Shown in pieces: positions 62,220 through 64,000 of a stretch of 64,000 bases of DNA (positions within the stretch are counted from its first letter, which is position 1; each line of letters opens with the position of its first letter). Both the position numbers and the translations under genes were made by a program. The stretch spans positions 2,467,867 to 2,531,866 of the forward strand of contig CBDHHL010000056.1 of assembly GCA_965263355.1 (NCBI GenBank). The letters run 5' to 3'. The notes beneath the pieces are model-generated. The model worked only from the letters and a program-made list of their open reading frames with translations, was not told where the DNA came from and searched no databases. Source of the DNA: Leptolyngbyaceae cyanobacterium (GTDB taxonomy: Bacteria; Cyanobacteriota; Cyanobacteriia; Phormidesmidales; Phormidesmidaceae).

Positions 62220-62537
62220 GGCTGGACCGGATAAACGATAGGTTTGCGCAATACGTTCCCCATCCTAAGGTCGCCGGACTGCAAATCTAGATTCTTTCAA
62301 AGAAAATCAACGATTCTACCCTGTGAAAAATACAGTCTAAAAAGAAATACTATAGTGAAGGAAAATCATATTGCGCTGCCATGGATTCTCCTAAAGACAT
62401 TACAAATCGGATTGTTTTTGTGCTGCTGCTTTGCTTTATTGGCTGGCAATTATTTCGTGTCGGTTTAGTTGTGGGTGTCGCTAACGGCTGGCTATAAGCA
62501 GTGCGATAATGCTGATTGCTGTTTTTGACGGTAATCT

Positions 62538-64000
62538 ATGCCCACTTCCCAAATTCCTGCTGTTGCTTGGACCTGGCCCATAGGCGCAACCTGGGAGACG
62601 CCCTACATTGTGCGCTATGCCAGCAATTTAGACGACGGTCCCGAGCATGGCATCCCGCTAGGGGGACTGGGAGCTGGGTGTATCGGTCGAGCCCCAAACG
62701 GCACGTTTAATCTCTGGCATTTAGATGGCGGAGAGCATATATTTGACCAGTTTCCAGCCTGTCAGTTTGCGGTGTACGAGCAAACAGCTGAGGCAACACA
62801 GGCCTATGCCATGGCCACCACAGGCAAAGGCTTAAGCAGCTGGCAATGGTACCCCACCAACCGTAAGGTGAGCACCGCCCGCCATTCAGAGCAAACGCCA
62901 GATCCCGAACCACAATTACCCAATGGCGGCACCTACCACGCCCTTTATCCTCGAAGCTGGTATTCCTATAGGGACGTCTTTACGACAGAGCTAACCTGTG
63001 AGCAGTTTTCGCCCATTTGGCCAGATAATTACCAGGAAAGCAGCTATCCAGTCGCCATATTTGTATGGACCGCCCATAACTCCACAGAGCAGCCCATCAC
63101 CCTCAGTATTTTGCTGAGCTGGCAGAATATGGTGGGTTGGTTTACCAATGCTGAGGCATCGTCAGACATTCAGCAGCGGGAGGATGGTAGCCCATTTTAT
63201 GACTATGTCCCCCCCCTGCGGCAGAGTGCCGGTCATTTTAATCAGCTGGTAACGGCTGAGAATGCGACGGGCACGGCAACGGGCATTGTCATGGATGGAG
63301 CCTGGAGCGGCAGCCCCAGGGAAGGAAAGGGGCAGTTTTGTATTGCGATCGCAACCGACGCAGCAGTAACGTATCACACACGCTGGAATCCCGATGGCGA
63401 TGGCAGTGACCTATGGACCGACTTTGCTACCCATGGAAGTTTAAGTAATGTTGCAGATACAACATCTGCGGTGGGGGAGGAACAGGTGGGGGGTGCGATC
63501 GCAGTAAAGTTTACCCTGGCTCCCGGTGAAACTAAAGACATCCCCTTCGTGCTCAGCTGGGATTTGCCCGTCACCGAGTTTGCACCGGGCAAGCTAGCCT
63601 ATCGACGCTATACGGACTTTTGCGATCGCGGCGGGCGCAATGCCTGGAAACTGGCCCAGGATGCCCTGACCCATTACCAAACCTGGCAACAACACATCAT
63701 CGATTGGCAGCAACCGATTTTAGACCAGGCAGATCTGCCCGATTGGTTCAAAATGGCCCTGTTTAACGAACTCTACGACATGGCCAGCGGCGGTACCCTC
63801 TGGTCTGCCGCCAGCGATACCGATCCGGTCGGCCAATTTGGCGTGTTGGAATGCCTGGACTATCGCTGGTATGAAAGTCTCGATGTGCGGCTATACGGCG
63901 GTTTTTCTACACTGATGCTATGGCCTGAGTTAGAGAAAGCCATTATCCGGGCCTTTGCTCGGGCTATTCCCACCGAGGACCCCACACAGCGAATTATTGG
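62538..64000 (+). CDS. GH116 glycosyl hydrolase (glucosylceramidase-like); runs off the window
   Basis: Manual translation from ATG 62538: YASNLDDGP.HGIPLGGLGAG.IGR, YHALYPRSW, LFNELY, LECLDY.WYESLDV. Confidence 0.92.
   Translation, partial: MPTSQIPAVAWTWPIGATWETPYIVRYASNLDDGPEHGIPLGGLGAGCIGRAPNGTFNLWHLDGGEHIFDQFPACQFAVYEQTAEATQAYAMATTGKGLSSWQWYPTNRKVSTARHSEQTPDPEPQLPNGGTYHALYPRSWYSYRDVFTTELTCEQFSPIWPDNYQESSYPVAIFVWTAHNSTEQPITLSILLSWQNMVGWFTNAEASSDIQQREDGSPFYDYVPPLRQSAGHFNQLVTAENATGTATGIVMDGAWSGSPREGKGQFCIAIATDAAVTYHTRWNPDGDGSDLWTDFATHGSLSNVADTTSAVGEEQVGGAIAVKFTLAPGETKDIPFVLSWDLPVTEFAPGKLAYRRYTDFCDRGGRNAWKLAQDALTHYQTWQQHIIDWQQPILDQADLPDWFKMALFNELYDMASGGTLWSAASDTDPVGQFGVLECLDYRWYESLDVRLYGGFSTLMLWPELEKAIIRAFARAIPTEDPTQRII

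Overview
Chromosomal window from a cyanobacterium, probably a filamentous Leptolyngbya-like one (frequent HIP1 GCGATCGC octamers, acsF, cyanobacterial haemagglutinin-domain and GUN4-type genes). Most of it is housekeeping or signalling: gloB, a Ser/Thr kinase, a GH10 xylanase, two tandem haemagglutinin-domain genes, a peptide ABC transporter, a FecR/CHASE2 kinase pair, bioB, acsF and a GH116. The notable part is an AT-rich island of about 10 kb (44.5-54.55 kb) lying between two paralogous membrane-protein gene pairs. It looks like an integron cassette array with no integrase gene: an attI-like site with four 27-bp palindromes upstream, and three attC sites. An ORF-less group II intron sits just after the attI R box, and its predicted EBS1/EBS2 pair with the attI core. 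An ISAzo13 element is inserted in one attC core. The largest cassette is a three-gene operon: an ATPase, an ATPase carrying an inserted Csx3 (Crn3)-like domain and TPRs, and a caspase-GUN4 protein. This is a candidate cyclic-oligonucleotide-sensing defence module with no CRISPR locus in the window. All calls come from reading motifs by eye; no database searches were run.
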